DNA from: Smithella sp.
GTDB taxonomy: Bacteria; Desulfobacterota; Syntrophia; Syntrophales; Smithellaceae
Length of the DNA: 64,000 bases
Assembly (NCBI GenBank): GCA_035350895.1
Contig: DAOPVC010000001.1
Location: forward strand, 2,304 to 66,303
Direction: 5' to 3'
Part shown: in pieces, positions 23,989 through 34,115 of the stretch
Numbering within the stretch: the first letter of the stretch is position 1
How the letters are laid out: each line of letters opens with the position of its first letter
The notes under the pieces: generated by a model
Seen by the model: only the letters and a program-made list of their open reading frames with translations
Databases searched by the model: none
What the model was told of the DNA's origin: nothing
Program-made: the position numbers and the translations under genes

Positions 23989-24618
23989 TTGGCAAGATAT
24001 ACGGATTCCTCATGCAGGTTGTGTCGCCGTGAAGGACTAAAACTTTTTTCCAAGGGCGACAGGTGTTATTCGGAAAAATGTTCCTTTGAACGAAGGGATT
24101 ATGTTCCGGGCGATCATGGTCAGATGCATAAAAAACAGCGTTCTGATTACGGTGTTCAGTTGCGGGAAAAACAAAAGCTAAAAAGAATGTACGGGCTTTT
24201 GGAAAAGCAATTCAGAAGTTATTTTGAAAAGGCTGATAAGCAAAAGGGTATCACCGGCACGAATTTACTGGTGCTTCTGGAAAGAAGAATGGACAACATG
24301 GTTTTTCGCATGGGCTTTGCCAATTCCAGAATTGAGGCCAGACAGTTAATCAGTCACGGCCATTTTCTTGTGAATGGCAAACCGGTGAATGTTCCGTCTT
24401 ATTTGCTTAAAGCCGGGAATGAAGTTAGCGTCAAGGAAGGCAGCCGTCAAATTACCCGTATTATGGGAGCGCTTGAAACGGTTGTCAGACGAGGCGTTCC
24501 GCAGTGGCTGGAGTTGGATAAAGACAATTTCAAAGCCAGAATTAAAACACTGCCGGTGCGGGAAGATTTAACCATGCCGATACAGGAACAGCTTGTTGTC
24601 GAACTTTATTCGAAGTAA
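23989..24618 (+). CDS. rpsD: 30S ribosomal protein S4
   Basis: TTG start. [16 protein letters not shown]-terminus and S4 domain, 209 aa. Confidence 0.96.
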   Translation: MARYTDSSCRLCRREGLKLFSKGDRCYSEKCSFERRDYVPGDHGQMHKKQRSDYGVQLREKQKLKRMYGLLEKQFRSYFEKADKQKGITGTNLLVLLERRMDNMVFRMGFANSRIEARQLISHGHFLVNGKPVNVPSYLLKAGNEVSVKEGSRQITRIMGALETVVRRGVPQWLELDKDNFKARIKTLPVREDLTMPIQEQLVVELYSK

Positions 24619-24665
24619 AAATAAACTATTTTCATAAACCAGCAACTATAAGGATGGGTTTAATT

Positions 24666-25634
24666 ATGCAAAGGAACTGGTCAAGTTTGATTCGTCCCAA
24701 GCGTATTGATGTTGATGAAGCGACACATACGAATTTCTACGGAGAATTTACCATTCAGCCTCTGGAAAGAGGATTCGGTATCACGTTGGGCAACGCCTTG
24801 AGAAGGGTATTGCTTTCTTCCATACAGGGCTCTGCCATTGTTTCAGCGAAAATTGAAGGGGTTTTGCACGAGTTTTCCACAATTCCCGGAGTTAAAGAAG
24901 ACGTTACGGACATCATCTTAAATTTAAAGGGTGTTCGTTTTAAACTCGGACAGGCAAACGCGAAAGAAGTGAGCATTGATGTGGCCCGTGTTGGGGAAGT
25001 AACAGCCGCCGATATCATTACAGACGGCGCCGTGGAAATTCTGAATCCCGAACATCACATTGCCACCATATCCAGCGGGTCTTTCAAGGCCAAGCTGATG
25101 GTCAAGATGGGTAAGGGGTATGTACCGGCTAAAAAAGAACTGGAGCCCGATCAACCCAAGGGCACGATCAACATCGACGCAATTTTTTCTCCGATTAAAA
25201 AAGTAAATTACATTGTCTCCCACGCCCGCGTCGGTCAGATTGCCGATTATGACAAGCTGACGCTGGAAGTGTGGACGGACGGCAGCGTCAGGCCGGAAGA
25301 TGCCATCGCTTACTCCGCGAAAATTCTCAAACAGCAGCTGGATGTTTTTATTAATTTTGAAGAAGTTGAAGAGGAAATTGTGCCGGAAAAGCAGGACGAA
25401 CCGGACAACTTGAACAAAGTGTTATCCCGTTCCGTGGAAGATCTGGAGCTGTCGGTGCGTTCAGCGAATTGCCTGAAAAATGCAGGAATCAACACCATCG
25501 GAGAGCTGGTTCGAAAAACAGAAGCGGAAATGCTCAAAACGAAGAATTTCGGCCGCAAATCATTGAGTGAAATTAAAGATATTTTAAGTGAGTATGATCT
25601 CACGTTCGGCATGGATATCGACTCTAAGAGTTAG
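24666..25634 (+). CDS. rpoA: DNA-directed RNA polymerase subunit alpha
   Basis: The N-terminal dimerisation domain is followed by a C-terminal domain ([24 protein letters not shown]). The start may be ATG 24666 (MQRNW) or ATG 24654. Confidence 0.95.
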   Translation: MQRNWSSLIRPKRIDVDEATHTNFYGEFTIQPLERGFGITLGNALRRVLLSSIQGSAIVSAKIEGVLHEFSTIPGVKEDVTDIILNLKGVRFKLGQANAKEVSIDVARVGEVTAADIITDGAVEILNPEHHIATISSGSFKAKLMVKMGKGYVPAKKELEPDQPKGTINIDAIFSPIKKVNYIVSHARVGQIADYDKLTLEVWTDGSVRPEDAIAYSAKILKQQLDVFINFEEVEEEIVPEKQDEPDNLNKVLSRSVEDLELSVRSANCLKNAGINTIGELVRKTEAEMLKTKNFGRKSLSEIKDILSEYDLTFGMDIDSKS

Positions 25635-25682
25635 AATTTAACATCACATTGTATTTATTAAAAGGAAAGAGGTAATTTAACC

Positions 25683-26114
25683 ATGTATCACGGGAAAGCG
25701 GGCAGCAAACTGGGCAGAACTTCCAGCCATAAGGAAGCAATGCTTCGTAATATGGTTACTTCTGTTATTAAACATGAACGTATCCGCACAACAGATACCA
25801 AAGCAAAGGAACTGAGAAAATTGGCGGAAAAAATGATTACCCTGGGTAAAAAGGGCAGTCTGCACGCACGTCGTCAGGCTTTGGCGGTTGTCAGAGATAA
25901 AGAAACGGTTAGCAAACTTTTCGGTGAACTGACGGAACGCTATCGCAATCGCGCGGGAGGATACACGAGAATCGTCAAGGCCGGTTACCGTTACGGTGAC
26001 AACGCTCCGGTGTCCATCCTAGAATTCATCGCCGATGAGAAAAAGAAAGAAAAAGCCAAAGCGAAAGGAAAAGCCAGAACAAAGGCCAAAACAAAAGAAA
26101 AAGCGGCTGAATAG
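25683..26114 (+). CDS. rplQ: 50S ribosomal protein L17
   Basis: [22 protein letters not shown] motif and a Lys/Ala-rich C-terminal tail. 143 aa. Confidence 0.96.
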   Translation: MYHGKAGSKLGRTSSHKEAMLRNMVTSVIKHERIRTTDTKAKELRKLAEKMITLGKKGSLHARRQALAVVRDKETVSKLFGELTERYRNRAGGYTRIVKAGYRYGDNAPVSILEFIADEKKKEKAKAKGKARTKAKTKEKAAE

Positions 26115-26140
26115 CTTGTTTCTTCATGAGAAATTGAAAA

Positions 26141-26167
26141 AGCGGGGTTTGCGCCCCGCTTTTTTTA
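26141..26167 (+). terminator. Rho-independent terminator closing the ribosomal superoperon
   Basis: AGCGGGG tttgcg CCCCGCT followed by TTTTTTT, starting 27 nt after the rplQ stop. Confidence 0.85.
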
Positions 26168-26298
26168 TGGTTGTTTTTTAACAGCAAAAGAAGTATTGAA
26201 AGACAGTCGCTGAAAAAGCGAGGGGCGATGTTTTTCCCTGCCACCGGAAGGTGGCGGAAGCATTTGCGCTGGAACATGAATAACAATGGAGGTTGATC

Positions 26299-26559
26299 AT
26301 GGCAGAAAAGAAAATTGGCGAAGTAATGAAATTTTTCTCAAAACCTTCAGTGGCTGCGGTGAAAATAACGGACGGAGAACTTCATATCGGCGACAGCATC
26401 AAATTTTCCGGACATACTACTGATTTTACAGATGTCATCCAATCCATGGAGGTGGATAATAAATCAGTACCCAAAGCAGTTGCCGGTGATTTTATCGGTG
26501 TCAAGGTTTCCGATCGTGTTCGTCCCGGCGATGAGGTTTTCAAGGTTACACCGGACTAA
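26299..26559 (+). CDS. Small EF-Tu domain-2-like (translation-factor beta-barrel-like) protein
   Basis: 86 aa from ATG 26299, with GGAGG 6 nt upstream. GDSIKFSGH...VPKAVAGDFIGVKV...VRPGDEVF resembles the domain II barrel of translational GTPases. The family assignment is from memory only. Confidence 0.6.
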   Translation: MAEKKIGEVMKFFSKPSVAAVKITDGELHIGDSIKFSGHTTDFTDVIQSMEVDNKSVPKAVAGDFIGVKVSDRVRPGDEVFKVTPD

Positions 26560-26821
26560 TTTCTTCTTTCTGAAAGATTTCCGACTTTTGTGACTCCCCA
26601 TAACATGAAGTCAAGGGGAGTTTATGCGCAAAAAACTACTTTCCATGCATCGGCCACATCATGACAACAGAGAAAATAAATTCCTGAATGTGCCGGCGAT
26701 CAATACATTTTATCGTTTCCCCAATCATACCCTGATGGCGAGCCGCAATGATTTATTTTTTCCGAAAGCTATGATATGAAAATTCAATTTTCTGAACGTC
26801 AATATTCATCACAGTAAAACA

Positions 26822-27349
26822 ATGCGTAAAATTATCATATCATTCTTAGTGATTCTGACTTTGATTTGCTCCTGCTCGGACAAAAACGAAAAAGCGGCGG
26901 ATTGGGTCCATCAGGCAGACAAATTATGGGACGGACAAAAATATACCGATTCTGAAAAGGCAATTGAATGCTTGGGGCGTGCTATTGAATTGCGGCAAAC
27001 GAACGCCGAACTTTATAATAAACGAGGAAATGCCTATTATAATATCGGCCAGTATGATCTGGCTGTTGATGATTTCAGCAGAGCTGTCAATATGGCGCCG
27101 AAATATGCCGATGCCTACAATAACAGGGCCGCTGCTTATATCCGGCTTGGTGAATATCAACGTGCCGTCGAGAACTATAATGAAGCCATCCGCCTGAACC
27201 CTCATCATGCCGTTTTCTTTAACAACAGAGGGGTTGTTTACCTTCTTCAACACCAGAAAGAATCCGGTTGCCGCGATGTGCAAAGAGCGTGTGCACTGGG
27301 AGATTGCGTGACGATGGCAGAGGCTAAGCTCAAAGCATACTGCTTCTGA
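26822..27349 (+). CDS. TPR-repeat protein, probable lipoprotein
   Basis: Signal-peptide-like N-terminus ending LTLICSCSD. Has repeated A-x-YNNRG/AY-x-LG-Y-x-A TPR units and four Cys in the C-terminal 30 aa. Confidence 0.75.
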   Translation: MRKIIISFLVILTLICSCSDKNEKAADWVHQADKLWDGQKYTDSEKAIECLGRAIELRQTNAELYNKRGNAYYNIGQYDLAVDDFSRAVNMAPKYADAYNNRAAAYIRLGEYQRAVENYNEAIRLNPHHAVFFNNRGVVYLLQHQKESGCRDVQRACALGDCVTMAEAKLKAYCF

Positions 27350-27484
27350 TGTGATGCAGAACAATCATGCGGGTCTGACGGCCAATACCGCTGACTTCCG
27401 CTGTCGAAACTTCCCTGCAGGCCCGGTCGGATTTTTCTTTCCGATATCGTTCATGGAAATTCTTCTTTTAAAAATCATAAATGC

Positions 27485-27493
27485 TGCTATAAT
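27485..27493 (+). promoter_or_regulatory. Extended -10 promoter element TGCTATAAT
   Basis: Exact TGnTATAAT match 66 nt upstream of the 34-codon ORF. There is no good -35. Confidence 0.4.
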
Positions 27494-27558
27494 ATAATAG
27501 CTCAAAGTCAAATCGCATTTTAAAGGTTTGAAACGATTAAGCGGGAAGGAGAATAGGA

Positions 27559-27663
27559 ATGCTCAGCTCAAAAACAGAAATTGTAACCACCGTTGTTATC
27601 GTGTTATATCTGATATCATTATTCATGGTGCTGCTTAAAGAATTGGGCATATGGACACCATAA
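27559..27663 (+). CDS. 34-aa hydrophobic micro-protein with a single predicted TM helix
   Basis: MLSSKTEIVTTVVIVLYLISLFMVLLKELGIWTP. GGAAGGAG lies 7-8 nt upstream of the ATG. It has its own -10 element and a downstream terminator. Confidence 0.5.
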   Translation: MLSSKTEIVTTVVIVLYLISLFMVLLKELGIWTP

Positions 27664-27686
27664 GCATCAATGATCAAAATTTTTAT

Positions 27687-27715
27687 GGCAGGGTCAAAAA
27701 CGGCCCTGTTTTTTT
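27687..27715 (+). terminator. Weak-stem intrinsic terminator after the micro-gene
   Basis: CAGGG (27689..27693) pairs with CCCTG (27704..27708), extendable by G-U pairs. A run of 7 T follows. Confidence 0.5.
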
Positions 27716-27782
27716 ATGGAGGAAGTGTTTTAGTTTTGGGGACCTCTTTCTCTTTTCAGCGAATAATAAAACATAATTCCCA

Positions 27783-27812
27783 TGGACAATATATTGTCAG
27801 GATTTTTATAGT
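27783..27812 (+). promoter_or_regulatory. Possible sigma-70-type promoter for the DUF169 gene
   Basis: TGGACA, an 18-nt spacer, then TATAGT, about 30 nt upstream of ATG 27843. Confidence 0.3.
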
Positions 27813-27842
27813 CATGTAAAGAAAGGATGGCTTAACAACCAG

Positions 27843-28667
27843 ATGGAAAGTGCAATTGCCAGAGCGATTCAATTAAAATATCATTCTGTCGCGCTGATGT
27901 GGTCTGATGAAAAGCCGGCGGATGCCATGCAGTTTTCCGAAGGGAAATGGGGCTGTGTCATGTGGCTGGCTGTTCATGCGGCTAAAGGCAAGTCTGCCGT
28001 TGCTGATCAAAAGACATTCGGCTGTTTCGGCGGCGGCGTGGGACTCGGATTCGGTAACCAGTATAAAAGTTTTCCCGGCGGTGAAGAAAGTTTTTGTCAT
28101 TTTCTTTCCGGCGGCAATGCCCAACGCAAAGGCGGTATGGAAACTGCCGAAAAGATAAAACCGTTCATGACCAAAGAAAGTTATGATAATTTTCTTCATG
28201 GCGAGCGCTATATTAAAAGTCCGGAGCTTGTCCGAAAATTTGTTGACGGCCTGCCCGTAACGAACATACCCGCACAATATGTTATTTTTAAACCTCTATC
28301 CGATATTGAGATTACCGGAGAAGAACCGCAGACGGTCATTTTTTTCGTCAATCCCGATCAGTTGTCCGCTTTAACCGTTCTGGCCAATTATGGACGCGTT
28401 AATAACGAAAATGTCATTATGCCTTATGCGGCCGGTTGCCAAAGCATCGGTATTTACCCGTACCGGGAATCAAAATTACAAAATCCGCGCGCGGTTGTCG
28501 GCCTTACCGACCTATCCGCCCGGGTATATGTCCGCAAGCTCCTGGGAGATTCCAACTTGATGACATTTGCCGTGCCTTTTTCTCTTTTCAGCGAAATGGA
28601 GCAAAACGTTCCCGGATCTTTTCTGGAGCGTCATACTTGGCGGAATTTGTTATCTGAGAGAAAATAA
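27843..28667 (+). CDS. DUF169-family (COG2043-like) protein of unknown function
   Basis: 274 aa. The KWGCVMW...FGCFGGGVGLGFG pattern and the length recall DUF169. The assignment is from memory, not a search. Confidence 0.6.
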   Translation: MESAIARAIQLKYHSVALMWSDEKPADAMQFSEGKWGCVMWLAVHAAKGKSAVADQKTFGCFGGGVGLGFGNQYKSFPGGEESFCHFLSGGNAQRKGGMETAEKIKPFMTKESYDNFLHGERYIKSPELVRKFVDGLPVTNIPAQYVIFKPLSDIEITGEEPQTVIFFVNPDQLSALTVLANYGRVNNENVIMPYAAGCQSIGIYPYRESKLQNPRAVVGLTDLSARVYVRKLLGDSNLMTFAVPFSLFSEMEQNVPGSFLERHTWRNLLSERK

Positions 28668-28779
28668 TATCGATTAAAGTAAAACGCTATAATTTAATTG
28701 CCTGCCCGAATAAGGTGTGCTAGGTTGCTGCATATTGAATCATCCATTATAAAAATATTTAAATATCAATAACATAGCT

Positions 28780-30087
28780 ATGAAATCAGACAAGCCAAAT
28801 TCTTCTGCATATCTGGAAAGCCTGAACATCGATAAGATGCGTTTTGGTCTCGATGCCATCAGAAAGCTCTTATTCCGGCTGGGAAATCCGCAGAAATCAT
28901 ACAGAACAATCATCATCGCCGGAACAAACGGTAAGGGATCAACCGCCGCCATGACCGCATCTGTTCTGCGCGCCGCCGGTTACCGCGTCGGGCTCTACAC
29001 ATCGCCGCATTTAATAGATGTCAGGGAAAGGATCGTTGTCGGCGGGAGGAAAATATCTTTAAAAGAATTTAACCGGACGATTGCCGATGTCAGGAATCAC
29101 GTCAAGCAAAACGTCAGTTATTTTGAATTTCTTACTGCAGTAGCCCTGGTGTATTTTCAGAAACAAAAAGTAGATATTGCCGTGCTGGAAGTCGGTTTGG
29201 GCGGAAGACTGGACGCGACCAATATCTGCAACCCGCTGGTTTCGGTGATCACAAATATCAATTTCGATCACACGGCTTATCTGGGCGACACTCTGGAATC
29301 CATTGCCCGCGAGAAAGCCGGGATCATCAAGCAAAACGGCCTCTGTCTTACAGCGGTAAAACAAAAAAAAGTTCTGCACGTGCTGAAAGAGGTTTGTCGG
29401 GCCCAACGGGCAACATTGTACGTCCTGGGGCGTGATGTGAAAATAAAAAAACAGAGGGATGGATCTTTTCATTATTACGGGCTGAATCGTACTCTGAAAA
29501 ATCTGACCATTCCTCTGCAGGGAGGGCATCAGTTATTCAATGCAGCGCTGGCTTTGGCGGCCGTTGAAATGGGTGAAAAGAAGGGACTCGTCGTCGGCGC
29601 CGAGGCCATTTACCGGGGCCTCGAAAATGCCCGTTGGGAAGGGAGGCTGGAAGTCCTTCAGAAACACCCTCTTGTTCTTCTTGACGGCGCGCATAATCCT
29701 GCCGGTATTGACACCCTGTGCCGATCCTTGAAAAAGGATTTTTCTTTTCGTCGTTTGATTGTTATTTTTGGAGCCCTTGCAGATAAGGATTATCAAAAAA
29801 TGCTTGGTAAACTCTGCCCTCTTGCCTCGAAAATAATCGTGACGCAAATCAACGCCAAACGGGCTGTCCCGGTGAGTGAATTGAAAGCAACAGCCCGTGA
29901 AATGGGTTATCCCTCCGTGATGACTGGAAATGTGCGGCAGGCGGTCGAACGGGCGCTGGCGCTGGCTGGACAAGAAGACCTGATTTGCGCTGCAGGGTCC
30001 TTTTATCTTGTCGGAGAGATAAAACAGGCGTTTCCTAAAACGTCCTTATGTGATAATGGAAACAGGCAGAGAAAATCGGCTGTTTAA
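28780..30087 (+). CDS. folC: Bifunctional folylpolyglutamate synthase / dihydrofolate synthase
   Basis: 435 aa. Mur-ligase P-loop IIIAGTNGKGSTAAM, YTSPHLIDVRERI and LDGAHNPAG motifs. Confidence 0.9.
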   Translation: MKSDKPNSSAYLESLNIDKMRFGLDAIRKLLFRLGNPQKSYRTIIIAGTNGKGSTAAMTASVLRAAGYRVGLYTSPHLIDVRERIVVGGRKISLKEFNRTIADVRNHVKQNVSYFEFLTAVALVYFQKQKVDIAVLEVGLGGRLDATNICNPLVSVITNINFDHTAYLGDTLESIAREKAGIIKQNGLCLTAVKQKKVLHVLKEVCRAQRATLYVLGRDVKIKKQRDGSFHYYGLNRTLKNLTIPLQGGHQLFNAALALAAVEMGEKKGLVVGAEAIYRGLENARWEGRLEVLQKHPLVLLDGAHNPAGIDTLCRSLKKDFSFRRLIVIFGALADKDYQKMLGKLCPLASKIIVTQINAKRAVPVSELKATAREMGYPSVMTGNVRQAVERALALAGQEDLICAAGSFYLVGEIKQAFPKTSLCDNGNRQRKSAV

Positions 30088-30115
30088 ATCCAGAAGAAGC
30101 AAAGACACGTTGCGA

Positions 30116-32440
30116 ATGGAAATGAAAATTACGACGAACCATAAAATCATTTTTACCGGGGGCATATTTAAAAATGTTTTCCTGCCCGTTTTTCTTCTGG
30201 TCACCATCCTGCTGGCACCGTTTTCAACAACTCATGCCGCAAATCGCACGTCGGGTCATCAGGAGCCTGCACCCCGCGATCAGAAAAAGGTCTCTGCCAA
30301 GGACATCTCCGACAATCAAAAAAGCCCGGTTAATATTGAGGCCGACCTGATGGACTATGATCATGAAAGCGATTTATACCGCGCCAAGGGCAACGTAGCC
30401 ATATTTTACGGGGGATCGTCTCTTCGGGCCGATGAAGTGGAATTGGATAACAAAAACAATACGGCCAGAGCGCAAGGCAATGCTTTTCTGAAAATGGAGG
30501 AAGATACGCTGCGGGGAGAGCGGATCATTTTTAATATTGAAGATAAAACCGGCGCCGCTTATCAGGCCGATGCCTTTTATGCGAGAAACAATTTTCATGT
30601 CCGTGGCGATAAAATTGAAAAGACAGGAGAAAATACATATTTTATCAATCAGCCGTCAGCGACGACCTGTGACGGCGATGATCCCGACTGGGAGATCGCC
30701 GGCAGCGAAATGAATGTGACCCTCGAGGGTTACGGTTCGATGAAAAACGCGTGCTTTCGGGTCAGGAGCATTCCGCTGCTCTATTCTCCCTATATTATTT
30801 TCCCGGCAAAGACAAAGCGACAGACCGGTTTGTTGCTTCCCTATCTGGCTTACTCCCGCGATAAAGACGGTATCGATGTGGAGCTTCCTTTTTTCTGGGC
30901 CGTTTCTCCTCAGATGGATGCGACGTTTTATCAGCGTTACATTGAAAAAAGAGGGTTTAAAGAAGGGGTGGAATTCAGATATGACTTCGGCAATAAATCC
31001 TTCGGCACGTTTTACGGGGATTATCTGGAAGATACGAAGCGGGTGACGGAAACGGCGGATGAGTCACTAAAACGCGACTGGCAGGGAACCCACAAACGCT
31101 GGTCTTATTACCTGCATCATCAGACCGAATTCGATACTCAGTTTTACCTTCGAACGGATCTGAAAAAGGTGTCCGACAAATGGTATTTCAAGGATTTTTC
31201 GGCTCACAATTATTATCGTGACCATTTCAACAGCTCTTCCGAAGACCGTTTTCAGAATGTGTCGTTTGAAGGTGACAAGTCGCTGCGTTATCTGGAATCA
31301 ACCGTGCGTTTGTATAAAGGATGGTCCAATTACAATGTGACGGGTTTCATAAATGCGACTGACGATTTTGCGGCGGTCAACAACGATCGGACGCTGCAAA
31401 GATATCCGGAAATCATTTTCACCGGCGCCAAGCAGCCCTGGATGAATACACCTTTTTATTACGAATTTTCCGGCCGTTATGATTATCTATACAGAAAGGA
31501 AGGCGATAAGGGACACTTTGCCGATTTGTCGCCATCCGTTTCCATGCCGGTCAACATCTCCGACTACATCAGAATCATTCCTCAGTTTACGTTCAAAGAG
31601 ACATTCTGGAGCCGGGATGATGAAGAAAACGCGTTGAAAGAAAAAACAGGTGACCGCGCTGTTTATAACGCGTCGGTGTCTCTTAGCAGTCAGCTTTCCC
31701 GGGTATTCCATCTCAATATGAAACATTGGGAAAAAATCAGACATGAGATAAAACCGGAAATCATCTACTCCTATGTGCCGAACGTTTCTGCGGATGACGT
31801 GCCCGATTATTACCTGCCGGCTTCATCGTCATTTGTCCTGCCGCTGACAACGTTATCGGACAATACGTTAAACGAACAGAATGCCGTTGCCTGGTCGCTG
31901 ACCAACACGCTGACGGCGAAGGTTCAAGATGGAAACGGCGCTTTCACTTATCTGGAATTTCTTCGTTTGAAGTTGTTTCAGACCTACGATATTGATGAAG
32001 CCCGCCGGGATACGGACAAGAATGCTCCGGATCGCAGGCCTTTTACGGACATGGGTATAGAATTCGACTTGAATCCTCATAAATACTTTTCTTTCCGGGT
32101 GCGTGACAGATATAATGTGTACAGCGGATGGAAACAAAACAGTTATGAGGTAAGCGTCCAAAACTGGCGTGGCGATGCGCTGCTGGTGGCTTACCGGAAT
32201 ACCGAAGATGTGGCAGAAGAAATCAATCTGGGCGTGAAAGCCGTCATTACCGATCATCTCTACAGCACTTTTGCTCTGAAACGCGACCTGAATAATTCCC
32301 GGAAAATAGAAAACTCGCTGGGGTTTGTTTATCATAAACAATGCTGGAGTCTGGGATTCGATCTTACCGATACGGATGACGATGTCAGATTTCTGTTCAG
32401 AATATCGCTGGCCGGTTTTGGAAAATCGGGAAATAAATAA
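30116..32440 (+). CDS. lptD: LPS-assembly outer-membrane protein LptD
   Basis: Signal peptide ending THA-AN. OstA-like N-terminal domain (YRAKGNVAIFYGGSSLRADEVELDNKNNTARAQGNAF) followed by a large beta-barrel region. Starting at ATG 30116 or 30122 avoids the overlap with folC implied by track ORF 30050. Confidence 0.85.
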   Translation: MEMKITTNHKIIFTGGIFKNVFLPVFLLVTILLAPFSTTHAANRTSGHQEPAPRDQKKVSAKDISDNQKSPVNIEADLMDYDHESDLYRAKGNVAIFYGGSSLRADEVELDNKNNTARAQGNAFLKMEEDTLRGERIIFNIEDKTGAAYQADAFYARNNFHVRGDKIEKTGENTYFINQPSATTCDGDDPDWEIAGSEMNVTLEGYGSMKNACFRVRSIPLLYSPYIIFPAKTKRQTGLLLPYLAYSRDKDGIDVELPFFWAVSPQMDATFYQRYIEKRGFKEGVEFRYDFGNKSFGTFYGDYLEDTKRVTETADESLKRDWQGTHKRWSYYLHHQTEFDTQFYLRTDLKKVSDKWYFKDFSAHNYYRDHFNSSSEDRFQNVSFEGDKSLRYLESTVRLYKGWSNYNVTGFINATDDFAAVNNDRTLQRYPEIIFTGAKQPWMNTPFYYEFSGRYDYLYRKEGDKGHFADLSPSVSMPVNISDYIRIIPQFTFKETFWSRDDEENALKEKTGDRAVYNASVSLSSQLSRVFHLNMKHWEKIRHEIKPEIIYSYVPNVSADDVPDYYLPASSSFVLPLTTLSDNTLNEQNAVAWSLTNTLTAKVQDGNGAFTYLEFLRLKLFQTYDIDEARRDTDKNAPDRRPFTDMGIEFDLNPHKYFSFRVRDRYNVYSGWKQNSYEVSVQNWRGDALLVAYRNTEDVAEEINLGVKAVITDHLYSTFALKRDLNNSRKIENSLGFVYHKQCWSLGFDLTDTDDDVRFLFRISLAGFGKSGNK

Positions 32441-32539
32441 AAATATTGACCGGTTTGTGCTTATCTCTTGAGTGAATGGGCTCGAGAACAAACGACTTCA
32501 AACATAAAATTTCCATAAAAACTACTCTTTTAAGGTAAC

Positions 32540-34060
32540 ATGGATACGTTCATTTTAGCCGCAACCAGCTTTATTATTGCCGTCTCCCTGATGATTACCG
32601 GCAAAAAAGATAAGCTGCAGGCCTCTTTCGCCGTTTTATGCGCGGTCATTTTTATCTCCCAGATCGCCACCAGCCTTGAAGATATTTTTCATAATGAAAT
32701 ATTTTCCACGCTTAAATATCTGGGAACGCTGGCCATTGCGCCGGCGGCGATTTTATTTTTTCGTTATCTGACCCGGCACAAATCGATCATATCGCGAAAG
32801 ATTTTCATTTTTTTTATTCTGGCCAGTCTCTGCGGGGCCGTGACGGTGTTTACGCCTTTATCCAGGACGCTTTATTTTCATTCCGCCGTCATCACATACA
32901 TGCTCTCTGCGTTGGTGGTTTGTTATGCGGGATTGATGTGGTATGTAAAAAATTTGCCGCCGGGAACAGAAAAACGGCGATTTGGGTACTTGCTTTTTGC
33001 CTGTCCCAGCGCGTTGATCCTGGGTCATCTGGATTTATTGAATTTCTGGGGTTTGCATCTTCCGGTGATCAACGGGATGGTTTTATCCGTTCTGTTATAT
33101 TTCATTCTGTTGATTGTTGCTTATCCGCAACTGCGTGAACTTCATGATTTCTTTGCCCGTTCCCTGGTGATTTTTATCAGTACCGTGACGGGTGCCGTTA
33201 TTTTTTATTTCGCGGCGTCCGTCTTCGGCGGCACCCCCCCTCCGCTGACAGGATTGTTGCTGGCCTCTTTCCTGCTGGTTATTTCTTTATCTCCGTTGAA
33301 GATGATTCTGAAAAAAATATTCGGTTTCTTTTATCCGGATAGCCGGGATGTTTTTACGTCTCTGTACGAATTTGACGAGAAGCTGGAAAGAGAAAAAGCC
33401 CTGCTGCTGGCGGAAATGGCCCCGGTTTTCGCCCATGAAATCCGTAATCCGCTCGGGTCCATCAAGGGAGCGGCACAATACCTGAAAGAGGAAGCGACAA
33501 CCGATGAACAGCGGGAACTGTTGAACGTTATTGTTGAAGGTACCGATAGACTCAATACGGTTGTGAGTAAATTTCTGGATTACGCGCGACCGTATCAACT
33601 CAATCTTAAATCTCAGAACGTCAATGCAATTATTCAAAACGCTGTTTCGATTATCGCAGCAAACAAGCTGGTGGAAAAAATTAAAATCATTCAGGATCTG
33701 GATGATGGTCTTCCCGATGTCGAACTGGATGAGCAGCAATTTATGCAGGTGATCTTGAACATTGCCTTAAACGCGATAGAATCGATGCCGCGTGGCGGAA
33801 CTCTTGCCTTGCGCACGTCCGGAGAAGAATCTGTCGGAGAAGATGTAATAACCGTAACCATTGGTGATACGGGTGCCGGAATCAACAAAAACGATTTGAA
33901 GGATATCTTTAAGCCGTTTTTCACAACGAAAGAAAGGGGGGTCGGACTGGGGTTGGCTATCTGCCAGAAAATTATCAAAGAACACGGCGGCAGTATCAGT
34001 GTCCAGTCATCCTCTACGCAAGGCACCGTGTTTGTCGTTAAACTTAAGGTAACGGAATAA
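32540..34060 (+). CDS. Membrane sensor histidine kinase
   Basis: About 260 aa of polytopic TM segments, then the HisKA H-box FAHEIRNPL and HATPase_c N/G boxes (NAIESMPRGG, DTGAGI, GVGLGLAI). Confidence 0.9.
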   Translation: MDTFILAATSFIIAVSLMITGKKDKLQASFAVLCAVIFISQIATSLEDIFHNEIFSTLKYLGTLAIAPAAILFFRYLTRHKSIISRKIFIFFILASLCGAVTVFTPLSRTLYFHSAVITYMLSALVVCYAGLMWYVKNLPPGTEKRRFGYLLFACPSALILGHLDLLNFWGLHLPVINGMVLSVLLYFILLIVAYPQLRELHDFFARSLVIFISTVTGAVIFYFAASVFGGTPPPLTGLLLASFLLVISLSPLKMILKKIFGFFYPDSRDVFTSLYEFDEKLEREKALLLAEMAPVFAHEIRNPLGSIKGAAQYLKEEATTDEQRELLNVIVEGTDRLNTVVSKFLDYARPYQLNLKSQNVNAIIQNAVSIIAANKLVEKIKIIQDLDDGLPDVELDEQQFMQVILNIALNAIESMPRGGTLALRTSGEESVGEDVITVTIGDTGAGINKNDLKDIFKPFFTTKERGVGLGLAICQKIIKEHGGSISVQSSSTQGTVFVVKLKVTE

Positions 34061-34115
34061 CGACCGGTGACAATCAGGCTTGATAAAAGTTTCAAAGCGT
34101 AATATCTGAACGCCT

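Noticed and set aside
26624-26779. 51-codon ORF (MRKKLLSMHRPHHDNRENKF...) in the spacer before the TPR gene.
   Set aside because: The spacing between the ribosome-binding site and the start codon is too short (3 nt). The composition is unremarkable and there is no motif. The preceding hairpin (ACTCCCC/GGGGAGT) supplies the apparent ribosome-binding-site bases. Evidence is insufficient.
30050-30115. Upstream extension of lptD overlapping the folC 3' end by 38 nt.
   Set aside because: The signal peptide begins after M at 30116 or 30122. The extension (MIMETGRENRLFKSRRSKDTLR) is not signal-like and is probably a read-through artefact of ORF calling.
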